From assembly GCA_963666285.1 (NCBI GenBank), contig OY762711.1: DNA of 64,000 nucleotides; one strand, 5' to 3'. Made by a program: the position numbers and the translations under genes. Shown in pieces: positions 20,718-35,700 of the stretch; position 1 is the stretch's first letter; every line of letters begins with the position of its first letter. The stretch comes from Sedimentisphaerales bacterium. GTDB taxonomy: Bacteria > Planctomycetota > Phycisphaerae > Sedimentisphaerales > SM23-30. The notes under the pieces are model-generated. The model was not told the origin of the DNA and ran no database searches. It worked only from the letters and a program-made list of their open reading frames with translations.

Positions 20718-23700
20718 ATGAGAAAGTATAGAAGATTAAAACTTAGCTATGCCGAAAAGGCTTTACAGAGAAGAAGAGAGTCAAATCTCAGGCGGTTCAG
20801 GTGTATCTCTCTTGTTATGCTGGCAGGGCTGTTGGGCTTGATACAACCTGCTTACGCTGCTCCGAAAGTAGATAATATCGCAAATGGACAGGTTTCTATT
20901 TCACAGGATGATAAACTGACTGAAATTACCGCGTCGGACAATGCCATTATCAATTATCATACTTTTGATATTGCTTATGACGAAACTGTTCGCTTTATTC
21001 AGCCGTCTGAAACCGCCCGTGTTCTTAACCGGGTTAATTCTGAAGATCCTTCCACAATAGCCGGTAAACTGCTTGCTAATGGACAGGTATATATTGTCAA
21101 TTCGGCGGGAATTTACTTTACTGATGGATCGCTTGTTGATGTTGGCTCTCTTTATGCGGCCGCCGGACAGATATCCGACCATGAATTCCTTGCCGGTCAG
21201 GATAATTTCCATGATTTATCCGGACAGGTTGTAAATGACGGCACGATTATGGCTGAAACGGTTGCTCTTGTTGGACGGTTTGTCGCTAATAACGGAGATA
21301 TTATTTCTCAGGATGGTCTTATTACTCTTGCTGCCGGTGACGATGTCTATCTTACTCGCGTGGGTAGCCATGTGATGGTTAAGGTTGCCGATATGTCTGA
21401 TGCGGCTGTGAGTAGTGATGATGGTATTTCCAATACCGGTTCAATAAATGCCGGCAATGGAGAAGTTTCCCTTGTTTCCAGCGATATAGTTGGTTTGGCT
21501 ATGGGTATATCTTCCGGCGGTAATATAAAGGCTGCCGATATTACCCTTGATTCCGGTGCCAATGGTTTAACAGAAGTTACAGGTAATCTTGACGCTTCCA
21601 GTGATATGGCAAATGGCGGGTCAGTTAAAGTCTTAGGTGACAAAATTGCACTGAAATCTGCTAGTATTGATGTTAGCGGTAAAACCGGTGGTGGTGAAGT
21701 GCTTGTTGGCGGCGATTTTCAGGGCAGCGGTGAAGTAAGAAACGCTTCCCGGACCTATATTGATTCAGATACTTCGATAACCGCAGATGCGGTTGAATCT
21801 GGCAACGGCGGCAAGGTTATATGCTGGGCAGATGAAATTACAGCTTTTATTGGTGACATTTCCGCAAAAGGTGGTGCAGAAAGCGGTGACGGTGGATTTG
21901 TTGAAGTTTCCGGTAAAGAAAACCTGATGTTTGATGGTTATGTTGATGCATCAGCAGAAAAGGGCCAGGACGGACAGCTTTTGCTTGACCCTCGTGATAT
22001 TGTTATTGGAGCTGCCGGTAATGATGATGGTGAAATTGATGACCTGTCTATTCTGTTTGATGATGGTCTAGTCAATGAGACTTTTGAAATAAGTGAAGCC
22101 AAATTGGAAATCCTGGCGGGTGGGGCTAATATTACGATACAGGCTGAAAGAAATCTGACAATTCAAGCAATGAGTGATGGTGTATTGAATTTTGCTACTA
22201 CTGCTGGTAATACTGTTACTCTTGAAGCTGACGCTAATAGTAATGGTGGCGATTTTATCATGAGTGACACCAGCGATACTATTCAGACCGCGGGTGGAAA
22301 TATTGTTATTACAACCGGCAGCAGCCAGTTTACCGCCGGCAGCTTTAATAGCAATGGCGGAGATATTAACCTTGATGCTGACGGCAGCATTTCAGTAAAT
22401 CAGATTACCACAAATGGCGGCGATCTTACTGTAGTTGCTGATGAAAATTATAATGCCGCCGGTGATTTTATCGCCTCTGGTACTATTTCTACTAATGGCG
22501 GTGATGTTTCCATTGATGGTGTTAATATCAATCTGGTTACTCTCAATTCTACTGGTGGTGATGTTATCCTTACTCCGGCAGAAATTGCTATTTCCACTGC
22601 TCTGAATACCGGTGCCGGTAATTTGACAATATATCCTCGCGTAGCTTCGCATATGGATATAGGTTCCGATGCTACTGGTCTGGATATTAGCGATACTGAA
22701 CTTGGCAGGATTACTTGCAGTGGAGTTTTTACCCTGGGTGATGCATCCAATACCAGCACAATGGATATTCAAAGCATTACAGATCATGCCGGTATTAGTG
22801 GGACAATGCAGTTCTTATCTAATGGTGATATCGAAATAGCGAATGGAACCATTTCGACTGTTACGACACCTTCGGTTGCATTTTATGCTGATGATGGAGT
22901 TAATATAAATGGAATTCTTATTCTCGGACAAGATACAGCTATAAATTGTGATACCGACGTTGATGGGATCGGTTCATTTTATGCCGGTTTTTCAGCGGAT
23001 CGTCTGGATACATCTGCTGCTAATGCTAATATTACTATTACTGCTGCCGATCTGGATTTTGGCGATGAATCTGCCGCAAGAATAGACGCTGGTTCTGGAA
23101 ATATTACACTCATTGCCAGCAATAATAGGACAATGGGTATAAGTACCGCTAACTTCAATGTAACTGATGCGGAAATGGATCGTATTGATACCACTGGTAC
23201 TCTTACTTTTGATACTGCCAGTTCGTTTACTGTTAATGAAAATATGACCTGTGAGCAAAGTACTGCTATTATTGCTGGTGGCGGTGTTACCCAGAATAAC
23301 CGGATAACTGTAGCCGGCAATCTATCAGTTACTGCCGATGTCGCAAATTCTAATATTGTGCTGACTCATAATCTTAATGATGTTTCCGGGACGGTCTCGC
23401 TTAATACCCTGGGAACCGGAGATGCAAGCTGGACTGAAAATAGTAATATTGATTTTGCGGCAAGTGCGGTATCGGGAGATCTGGCTGTTGATGCAAATGG
23501 TAATGATTTAGCAGATAGCGGAGCTGTTAGTGTTGGCCTAACTTTTGCTATTACTGATACCAACAATGTGACACTTGATTTGCTTTCCGGTGATATTGGA
23601 CTGGCGGCTTCTGATATAAATACGAACCTGGATTTGTCTGTTGCAAATGGTAGTATTACCCAGAGCGGCGCTCTTACTGTTGGCGGAACAGCGGATTTTG

Positions 23701-26700
23701 CTGTAACAACTGCTAACGAAGACATAACTCTTAATAATACTTCCAATGCAGTGACCGGCCAGGTCACTTTTTCAACTACCGGTACTACCGGTAATGTCGT
23801 TTTCGATAACGGCAGTACCGCGATAGACCTAGGGGCCAGTACCATAAATGGCGGTTTAGACATTGATTCATCCGGTCATCTTACGGTTAATGGTGCTGTT
23901 ACGACTGCTGGAGCTGCTTATCTGACTGTTGACGACATTACAATGACCAGCACCTTAAATGCCGGGACAGCTGCTATTACAATAGCACCAGATGATAACG
24001 GTACAATTGGCCTGGGAGCTACTCCTGGCAACATGACTCTAACTGATGGCGAACTTGACAATATTACTACAAGTGGTACGGTGACCTTTGATACCAACAG
24101 TGCTATTACTGTAGATTCTATAACCCCGTCAAATATTACTGGACAATTTTTCCTGGATTCGCTTTCTACTGTTTCATTTGTCAACGGAGGATCAACTTTC
24201 AGCGGTAATCTCAGGGTTAGGTGCACTGATCTTGATGTTTCTCAAACGGTTGACTGTGGTGCTAATAGTGTTTTAATTGGTGCGGTTAATAACAAGCATA
24301 TTTATCTTGGTACTGCCGCAGCTAATGGTAATATTGATATTACCGGTACTGAGCTTCAAAATATTACCGCTGCCGGTCTTGAATTAAATACTGGCGATGG
24401 AGAAAATATTTATGTTAATAATGTAACTGCGACTAATAGTAATAATATTGGTACTGTTATACTTGATTCTGCCGAAGATGTTATATTTCAGACTAATAAC
24501 TCTGTCTTTAATGCGTTAACGGTTGAAGCTGATGACGGCTTGGCAATCAATGATGGCATTATCCTGCAAACTGATACCGGGGCAATGAGTCTTGATGGCA
24601 ATGTTTCTGGCGGTGCATTTGCAATTACAACCGGTGGGAATATTACACTTGATTCTGCCGGGACGCTTACCCTGAATGAACTTACTGCCGGTGGTGATAT
24701 TGACATAACAGCTACCGACCTGACTATAAATCAGACTGTCAGCATGGGTGCCAATAGCCTTACAATAAACACTGCCGGAACTGTTGGTATTGGTGATACT
24801 GCAGGTGCTATGACTATCAGCCCGACAGAGTTTGGACGTATCAGTTCGACGACTGGTGATGTCACCATTATTTCTACCGGCGGCAGTTTTACCGTTAATA
24901 ATATTTCTGCGGCGAACTCTAACGGAATTGGCGGAATTGTTACACTTCAGGCTTCTGGTGATGATCAGAATATTACTTTTGCTTCAAACAATTCAACCTT
25001 TAATACTCTCACATTAAATTCTGATGATGGTATCTTCATCAATAATGTAATTGTCGGTACTGATGTTGGTGATTTTATCCTTACCCCGGATTTTGATGGC
25101 GGGGCCAATGATGCTAATGATAAGATAAACTTCTCTGGTGCTGGTGCGGGGATGATTACTGCGACCAGCTTTTCTGTTGGTACCATTAATGTAGCTAATG
25201 CTCTGACCTTGAGGGCTAACGGCAGTATCACATTTACCGCTGACCAGACTGTTCCTGATGGTATAAATATTGTTGCAGATTTAGATGCCAATGGTACCGG
25301 TAATTTTGTCACCAATGCAGGTGTTGATGTTAATACCAGTGGCAATAATGGAGATATAAATATCGCAGCTGCTAATTTACAGCTTAATGGCGATAGTCTT
25401 AATGCCGGTACGGGTACTATTACTTTTGTCCCTCAACAGGCAACCGATGTGTCCTTAGGTACCGACAGTGGTACGTTTGGCATATCTGCCGCTGAGCTTG
25501 CATTAATGACTGCTGATGCCTTGGTCATAGGTGACACTTCTGCTTCATTTAATACAACTTCTGCCCAGTTCTCCTCTGTTGCTATCGACGGCAACTTTGC
25601 TGCCGGTGCCAAAACCGTTGATATACAGACCAGCGGCACTGCAACTGTGAGTAATGGCATAACTCTATCCACTACCAATGAAAACATTACTATAAATGCC
25701 AATGACCTGGCTATGAATACTACTGGTGCTATAAATGCCGGAAGTGCCGCTTTGGCTTTGAATGTTGAAACCGCTGGTAATGATCTTGTGCTGGGCGGTA
25801 CCGGTCAGGAGTATAATATTGATGATACCGAGCTTGCCAATATTACTTCTGGATCGCTAACGATAACTGTCCGGGCTGATGATGATATATATGTTAGTGG
25901 TGTTGCTGATGCTGTCGCTGAGAATGTTGGCAGTGTTACATTGATAGCAACCGGTGATAACTCGACTATTACCTTTGATACTGCCTCTGCTCAGTTTGAC
26001 TCGCTTTCTGCCAGTGCTGATTCCGGTATAACTATTTCGCAGAATATTACTGCTGATACCGGTAACCTTGTTCTTGAAGGTGATGCCGACAATGCCGCCG
26101 ATGCTAATGATAATCTTGCTGTTTCTGATGGGGTTACTCTCACTTCCAGTAATGGTTCTGTTAGCCTGGCTGCTACTACCGGTGATATAGATGCTGCCGG
26201 GGCTCTTACATTGAATGCAGCTGCCGGTGTGACTATTTCTGATACTTATGTTGCCGCCGGGGCTGGCGCCTTAACTGTAAATGCCGATTCCGATGGCAAT
26301 GGGGCAGGTACCTTTACTGCCGGTTCTACTATTACTACCGTCAATAGCCTTGTTTCTATTACAGCAGCAGATGTTGTTCTCAATGGCAATGTTGATTCTG
26401 GTAATGGTGGTATTACAATCCTGCCATCAAACACTGCTGGTCAGACAGTTATTTTTGGTGCCGCTGGTGGTGATATGGGGTTAACTGCTGCTGAGGTCGG
26501 ATATCTAAATACCTCCGGAACTCTAACTGTTGGAAATGCCAATACAACATCACTTACAGTTTCAACTGATCCGACTAATTCGACCGGGGCTGTTATTCTT
26601 GTTTCATCTGATACTGGTGGTGTTATTATAGTTAATGGTGTCTTTACTCCTGATACTACTCTTAGTATGACAGCACTTGAAGGGATAACTGTCAGCAGTA

Positions 26701-29700
26701 ATATTACAACTGGCGGTACAATAACAATAGATGCCGATAGTGATGATACCAATAACGGCACTCTTACTGTTGACAATGGTGTAACTCTTGCCAGTACTAA
26801 CGATACGATAACAATAACTGCAAAAGATATTGTGTTAACCGGTACGGGCGCAATTGATAGTGGTTCTGCAGCTATGAGTATTACTCAGAGCCAGGCTGCC
26901 GGCACTATTGGTCTGGGTGGTACTGCTGGTACTATGCAGATCACTGATACTGAACTGGATAATATTACTGCAACCGGTTTTACTATTTATGCTCCGTCAG
27001 ATGTTACTATTAACGGGGTTACCGCTGATACTGGTAATACAATTGATGGAACTTTCCTGGTTGATGCGACCGGCAAAGTAACATTTGCTACTGCCGATTC
27101 GGATTTCAAAACACTTGAAATTCAGGCTGACGATGGAATACAGATCAATACAGTTACAGTTTCAACTGATACTGGTTCTATTACAATGGATGGTAATGTT
27201 GATAATTCTGCTGATGCTTCTGATACAATTGCTTTTGTTGGTGTATCAGGCCTTGATTCACAAACTACTATTGCATTAACATCTACAAATGATGGCATCA
27301 CTTCTGCCGCAGCGACAACGATTACGGCAAATGATCAGGTAACTGTTTCTGATGCCTTTGTTGCCTCTGCTGCTTTGGATGTCACTTCGAATAATAATGC
27401 GATTGTTTTCAGCAGTAATTTTACCGGCGGAGGTACTACTAATTTCTCTGCCGATGATGGTATTACACTTAATGGTAATGTTAGCCTAGGTGGTACTACC
27501 ACGTTCGATTCGGACGTAGATAACGGTGATAACAACGGTACCTTTACCCTCGCCGCGACCAGGACGATCACCACCAATAACCATGCGCTTACTATTTCCG
27601 CTGACGACCTTGACCTCGCCGGGAGCATTGCCGGAGGCGCCGGACTGCTCCGTTTGGACGTTTCAGATGGTGGTACAGCGGGGCTGGCCGCCGCGACGGG
27701 AGATTTCTCCGTGAGTACGGCGGAGCTTGCCCGTATCACCGGCCAGTCCGGCGGCATGACCGTTTCTGGGGCTTCCGGAACCGTTACAATAAATAGCATG
27801 GATGTCGATACCAACATTACCGGCACTACCACAATAGATGCAACCAACGATAATACTTCGGTTAACTTCACCGGAGCCGCTTCGGAATTTGCCGCTCTAA
27901 CCGTTAATTCTGATTCTGGTATTGATATAAGTGTTAATCTTACAACTACTAATGGAAACATGGTTCTAGAAGGTGATGCTGATAACGCCGCCGATACTAA
28001 CGACGATATCGACCTTACCGGTAATAGAACGCTAACTGCTGTCGGTGGTGAGTTAACCATGGACGCTACTACTGGCAAGATCGACGGAGACGGTACGCTG
28101 ACCCTGCGGGCTGATGACGGCATAACGATTAACGATAATCTCACTTCAGCTGGTACACTGACTATCGACGCTGATCGTGATGATGATACGACCGGCACTC
28201 TCACTATCGCAGGTGTGACGTCAAGCAGCAATAACCTCGTTGCTGTAACTGCTGATGATATAAGTATTACCGGAAGCTTAAGCTCCGGCACTGCTGATAT
28301 GTGGATTACCCCTTCTACAGCTATTAGTATAGGTCTTGGCACTGGCGCTGGTTCGATGTCTCTTACCGCTGCTGAAATTAACGCTCTAACTGCCAATGAC
28401 TTATATCTTGGGTTAGGTGTAGCTACCGATCTTGCGGTTAACACGATCACAACTGCGGGAATCAACGGTGATTTTTATATTGATATTACAGGTGATATGA
28501 GCATCGCCGGAGGTCAGTGGGACGCATCCGCCGATGACAGCAATTTCGATATCATCTGTAATGACATGAACTTAAGTGCAGATTTGAATGCTGACACCGG
28601 CTCTATCAGAGTAAGAACCAGCGATGGCGGCGGGATTGGCCTTGGTACCGCAGCCCAGGGCATGACTCTTAGCAACACAGATTTGGTAAGATTCGTAACC
28701 AGCGGGGGGCTGACCTTAGAAACGCAAGCTGGTGAAAACATTGAAGTTACAGGCGTAACAACCGGCAACACAAATAACATTACCGGCACTCTTACATTGG
28801 ACGCCGATACCAATGGCAGCCAGGTAAACTTTACTAATACCGCTTCAGCACTGCGTAATAATGTCGTAGTACGGGCAGACAACGGCGTAGACATCGACGT
28901 TAATCTGACGGTGGAGAACGGTAGTCTAAGCATTAACGGCGATACTGACAGCGTAGCAGATGGACGTGACTACATATCAATGGCCAATGGTGTGACGATA
29001 ACGGCCGGCAATGGTGCGTTAACGCTAACGGCGGCCAGTGGAGACCTGCTAGCCGATGGAGCATTGACCCTGACATCGACCGGCAAAACTACTATAAATG
29101 ATGATTTAACAACAAATAATGGTGCCAGTACTAACTTGCCTCTAATTATAAATGCCAGTGACCTTGATTTTAATGGATCAGCTCTAAATGCAGATGCAGG
29201 TGCAATTACTATTCGACCATCATCTGTAAGCAATATGGGCCTAGGCGGCACGGCAACAGGAGCGTTTGATTTTACTGATGCAGAATTTGATAAGATAACA
29301 ACAAGTGGTTTGGTGACATTTGGTGGCACCAATGCCGCTAACATAACTGTAGATGGCTTTACAGCTTCTGCTAATGTAAGTGGTGGTGTTTCAATAGTTT
29401 CTGGTCAGAATGCCGGCAGTATCGTTTTTGCTAATAATTCCAGTAGTTTTCAGAATACACTAAACTTACAAGCTCTTGATGGCATTACAATAAATGATGA
29501 TGTTACATCAGGAGGTGCCATCACCATTAATTCTGACACTGATGCAGGTGATAATGTTGGTTTACTAACAATTGCAAATGGAATAACTATAGATTCTACA
29601 AATACTAATATTAATATCACTGCTGATGATATATCAATAGGTGCAGGTGGAAGTATTGATGCCGGTGCTGCGGACATGTTAATAACTGATTCAGACAACA

Positions 29701-32700
29701 CAGGGATTGGTCTTGGCGGTACACCGGTAGTAAATGGAGTTAATATAACCGATGTTGAGTTTGGCGGTTTAATAGCAAATAATTTGGAGTTTGTAACTGC
29801 TGGTAATATAACTGTTAACGGTATAACAGCGGCAAATAGTAATAATATAGCTAATACCCTGACATTGGATACGGCCGGAAATATTGAATTTGCCAGTAAT
29901 ACCTCTACCTTTAATGAGCTGGTAGCAGAGGCCGATGGCCTAATCCAAGTAAATGCCAATATTGTAACAGATACCGATGTACTTAATTTATATGGTGATA
30001 CCAACGGTAATGCGGGTGGAGCAGCAAGTATAATATTTGCTGCCGGTACCCAGATTGATTCAAATACTACGACTATTCTTGACGCAACAAGTTCTGGCAT
30101 AGTGGGTAATAGCAGTATATCCGGTACTGGCGCAATGACAGTTAAGGCTGATGACGGTATAACTGTCGAAAATAGCATATCTGCCGGCGGTACTTTGACA
30201 ATCGATGCCGACCAGGATACAGATGGGACTGGAAACCTGACGATAGCAGCCGGAGCAAGCGTAAACGCTACTGGAAATGATGTAGATATTACGGCAAATA
30301 CAGTAACTTTTGGTGCCGGTGTTTTAACTAATGTTGCAGATTTAACTTTGAGTGCAACAATTTACGGAGACCTGACAGTTAACGGTGATTTCAATAACAG
30401 TGGTTCTGTTACACTAGAATCAATAAATGGCACGATTACGATAAACAGTGATATTAGCTCTGATGAGTCATTTACCTTGACTGCAAAGAATGGCATTACA
30501 ATCAATAACAATATAACTGCTGATGCCGATACGAATAATGCTGGTGGTGAATCGATAGTAATTATTGCTGATAGTGATGGTGATGGTACCGGAGATTTGA
30601 CAGTTAAGACAGCGGGAAAGAGTATAATTACCAATAATAATGATTTGGCAATAACAGCGAATGACCTGGATATGCAGAATGATTATGCTTTTGCTGCAGG
30701 AACAGGAAAGATCACAATAACAGAATCAGAGGGTACCGGTATAGGTTTGGGTGATACAGCTGTAGCAACCGGTTTGAATGTCACAACAGGAGAATTGGTG
30801 CGGATGACCGCTGCAGATACTGAGTTTATATCGGCAGGAAATGTACTAATTGACAATGTCACAGCAGTCAGCAGTAATAATATTGGTTTGCTAGTGATTG
30901 ATAACGAGGGGCAAAGCAGATTTATAAATAATGCCTCAGTATTTAACGCTCTAACAGTTGAGTCAGATGATGGTATTGATATAGATGTTAATATAACAAC
31001 TGACACAGGAAATTTGTCTCTGGATGGTGATTCAGATACTGCTGCAGATACAAATGATGATATTCAGATTGCAGCCGGTATAAGCTTGCGGTCACAAACT
31101 AATATGACTTTGGCAGCCCAGACAGGTAAGATATCAGCAGCGGGTACTTTAAGTTTGCTTTCAGAGAGCGATATTAATATTAATGACAATATAGTAGCAG
31201 CAGATGTACTGACAATTAATACTGATGGAATAGTTGTAGATAATGATGGAACGGGAGATTTGATAGTAGCAGCAGATGCGACAATCAGTACTGAAGTGGT
31301 AAACAAGCAGATTAACCTTATAGCAAATGATATATTCTTAAATGGTTATGTGCGTACAGGTACATCTACATTTGATATTACGGTTTCAGATAACCAGGAT
31401 TATGCATTAGGTAGTAATGCCGTTGAGAATGGTTCTAACAATGCCTTCAATATTAATGCTACAGAGTTGTCGCATATATATACAGGTAATCTAGATCTTA
31501 ATACAAGCGGGGATGTTGATATAAGCAATGTCTTGGCAGGTTCTGCCGATAATATTACCTATATGGTTACATTTAATATTGATGGTCATGCAACTTTAAG
31601 TAATGATTGTATATTTAATGCTATTACTATTAATGCAAATGACGGGATTGATATTGGTGGCAACCTTACCAGCCAGGTAGGCAATATTGTGTTAGAGGGT
31701 GATGCTAATGATGCAGATGATGGAAATGGATTAGATAATATTCTCTTTTCAGCCAATTCTACAATAACATGTGCTAATACATTAACATTGGATGCAACAA
31801 CAGGTGCTTTGGATGGTAGTGGAGCTCTTACATTAACAGCATCTGAAGGTATTAATATTAATGACGATTTATCTACCAATGGGAATCTGACAATTAACGC
31901 AGACAGTGATCTTGATGGAACTGGTGATCTTGCCAGTGCTTCTGGTAAGACATATAGTTGTAATGGCAATGATCTTGATATTACGGGTGCAAATGTTGCG
32001 TTTGACAGTGGCATAACTAATGTTGCCGGCTTGTTTTTGACAGCGACGACGGGCGATATGGAGATAATAGGAGATATAAGCTTCAATAATACCGGAGATC
32101 TTGGACTTGCAGTAACAAATGGAACATGTTTGATAGATAAAGTATTGTCTACGCAGGGTTCGGTGACAATATCTGCAAGCGACGGTGTAGACATTAGACA
32201 GAATATTACCAGCCAGGGTAATATAGTTATTAATTCTGATAATGATGCTAATCAGACAGGTAATCTTTCTATAGCAAGTGGAGTTCAGATATACAGTAAC
32301 GGCGGAACAATTGAAATTACAGCAAACGATGTTGATCAATTGAGCGGAACGTTGAACAGTGGGATATATGTAACGAAGATAGATTCTACTAGTGTTGGTA
32401 TCAATATAGGTTCTGGTTCAGGTTCCGGAATGAATATTTCAAACCTGGAACTGGCAAATATCAGAGCAAACACACTTGAGTTTGTTACTTCTGGTGATAT
32501 AGTCGTAGCGGGTGTTGAAGAAAGTTCTAATGCCAGTATTGCGACTGTCGTTCTTGATGCAGAAGGCAGTATAACTTTCCAGAGTTCTGAGTCGGTATTT
32601 AATATACTTGATATCCAGGCAGAAGGTGGCATAGTAGTAAATGCTGATGTAGCAACAGATACCGGTGAGCTGTTATTTAATAATGACAGCAGTTATTTGT

Positions 32701-35700
32701 CTGGTGGAAATAGCGGTATAATATTTGGTGATGGAGTGACCTTGACTTCAGCACTTGGACTGACTATAGGCGGAGGTGGGGATCTTACAGCTAATGGCGA
32801 TGTAACTCTTGTCGCTAGCGGGGATATAACTATCCTTAGTGATTTTAATATTGCTTCAGGTTTAAATGTTAATACAAACAATAATATTTTTGATATAAGC
32901 GGTGTTGATGTTGTTGTTTCTGCTGATGGACCTGTAAATATTGTATCTGGTGATATAGATTTGACAGGAACATTAAGCAGCTTATTAGGGGTGATAACAA
33001 TAACACCTGAAGGTGGAACTGTAGGTTTGGGAGATGCAACTGGCACATTGTCGCTAAGCAATAATGAACTGGCAGTAATTACTTCCGATAAACTAATAAT
33101 TGATGCTGCTGGTGGAATAACAGCAGCTAATATTGTCAGTGGTACAACAACTAATATTGGAACTCTTGAGTTGGATAGTGAAGATGTTATAGTTTTCAAC
33201 GGAGTTGTAATTAATTCAAATCTGAATGCTTTGTCCAGTGAAGGGATATCACAGACAGGGAGTCTGGCTGTAACAGGTGGTACTCAATTAGTGACAAATG
33301 CTGATGATAAGACAATCATATTAGATAATGCAGGGAATGCCCTGGTTGGATCAGTGACAATTCAGACACAAAGTGATATGTCTAATGAAGCTAATGTAAT
33401 TCTAAATAATGGTAGTACGGCTTTGGTGTTGGCAGATTCAATAATATCTGGAGATTTGACATTAGAAACAAATAGTACAATTTCATTAGCTGAGCTGGCT
33501 GTAAATGAGAATTTAGAGATTGATGCCGATGGCACGGTGTCTCAAACTGCTAAAATGACGGTAGGGGGAAATTTAACTGGTATGGTGAATCTGTCTGGCA
33601 GTAACCTGACATTAGATAATACAGAAAATATTGTTTCCGGAAATGTGGCGTTTTATACTGTTTCTGATGGTGACGTGACATTTAATAATAGCAGTAGTGA
33701 TATTTCTATATTAGAAGCGGTTGTTGGTGGAGATCTTAACCTAGAGACAACTGACATAATTACTTGTTTGGGGGCTGTTACTGTAACAGGCGATGCTGAT
33801 ATTGACGCCGGTTCAAGTTTTGCCAGTGGAGATGATTTTGTTGTTTCCGGTAATATGACAGCTGATATTGACGGTACATTTACATCAAATGGATATATGG
33901 AAGTTGGGAAAGACCTGATTTTAACTGCTGATGGTACGGTCAGTAATATTGGAGACATTTTAATAACAGGTGATGCAGAGATTGATACAGGTGGGGCATA
34001 TACAGCTGTTGGTTCGGTTACAATAGGCGGCAGCCTGACTCTTGTTGCGGCAGATAATGTAACTGATAATGAGCCTATTGTAGTTGCCGGAAATACTGAT
34101 ATAAAGACGCTTGATAATACTGGTGCTGACATAATACTGGATAATACAGGAAACTCTTTTGGTTTATTAAATCTGTATTGTCGAAATGAGTCAGATACTG
34201 CATATACGGGCGGAGATATTGTATTATATGAAAATGAAGATATTGAAATTGATAATATTGCTACCCGTGGTACTTTGCAGCTGACAGCTGAGGGTAATAT
34301 AACAGAGAGTACCTCGATGAGTGTTAATGGTGCAATTGTACTTAAGACACTAAATGATGTCGGAGGCGATATAACGCTTGCCGGAGATAACTATTTTGGG
34401 CAGTTAGACATAGATGTGCGAGATTTATCAGATAGTAATGTGTCTGATGGGAATGTTCAGGTAATAGAAAACGGTTCGCTTGAGATTGCATCAATTGAAA
34501 CGGCAGGTGGTATCCATTTAACCTGTGATGATATTGAGCTTGCAGGTGTACTTGCCGGTAGTAACTTAACAATTTTACCGATGTCAGATGGTACATCGAT
34601 AGGGATAGGTGACGGTTCTAATGGAGATATGAAGCTAAGTTCTGCAGAAATAGCTGGACTGGCAGATGGTTTCAGTCAAATTTCAATTGGCAGATCTGAC
34701 GCTACAGGAAAAGTTGTTATAGAAGATATAACTTTTACAGATCCTTTTGCTATCTATACAGCCGGGAACGCTAGCCTTGATGGAACAATTACTGGTTTAG
34801 ATAACAGTTCCATTCTTGTTGCTGCTGCAAATGGTATGACGATTAACGAAGATATAATTACCCAAGGAAATGATATCAGTTTAGCTGGTGGTTTTATTTT
34901 TTCCGATGCTAATGTAATCAGTACTGGAAATATTAGCGGGGCGTTATTGCTGGATGGCAATGCTCAGACAAATAATGGTGTATCGTTTATTGCTCCTGAT
35001 GGGATTTCTTTGAACGGTATTTATGATAATACCGGCGGTGGTGCAATGCTGTATGACGGTTCTTTGAATTTAGCAGATAATGTTACAATCAATTCAGATA
35101 CTGCCGAAGTAAAGATAACTGGTTTGATTGATGGCTCTTATGATTTGGAAGTAAATAGTAATGGGGGGAACATCTATTTTGGTGGTGATATGGGAACAAG
35201 TCAGGATTTAGCAAACCTGACAGTGATAACAAATGAGACCGGTTCTATTGAATTTAATTCAGAAATTAATGTTTTAGGTGATATTTATATAAGTTCGAAT
35301 CAGTCACTTGGAATAATTCCAGCAGAAGCTACGATTTTCAAGAAAAATGAAGGAGATCTTGTATTTAATGCCGGTGGTAAGTTTGAAGTCGGGCTGAATA
35401 ATCGCATAACTGTATCAAATGGTTCGTTAATGATAACAACCAGTTCAGATGTTGTATCAATAGGCGATGCGACGGTAAAAGGCAATATAATAGTTAATTC
35501 AATGGATGCTGCAGGTGATATTATTCTTCTTTTACGTGACAAGACAGAGTCTTATGTGATGAATAAAAACGGGACAATAAAATTGTTAAACGACAAGGGG
35601 ATGGCTATAGCAGCAGAAGGGTATATACAGTTTAATGGTCAAATAGTTTCGCAGGGGGAAGGTTCAAAGCCGTATTTTGTTTCTGGTAACAAGAAAGAAT

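Noticed and set aside
20901..35542. Many minus-strand ORFs (up to 376 aa) inside tpsA
   Set aside because: Antisense shadows of the biased repeat codons; S/P/V-rich with no recognisable motifs.
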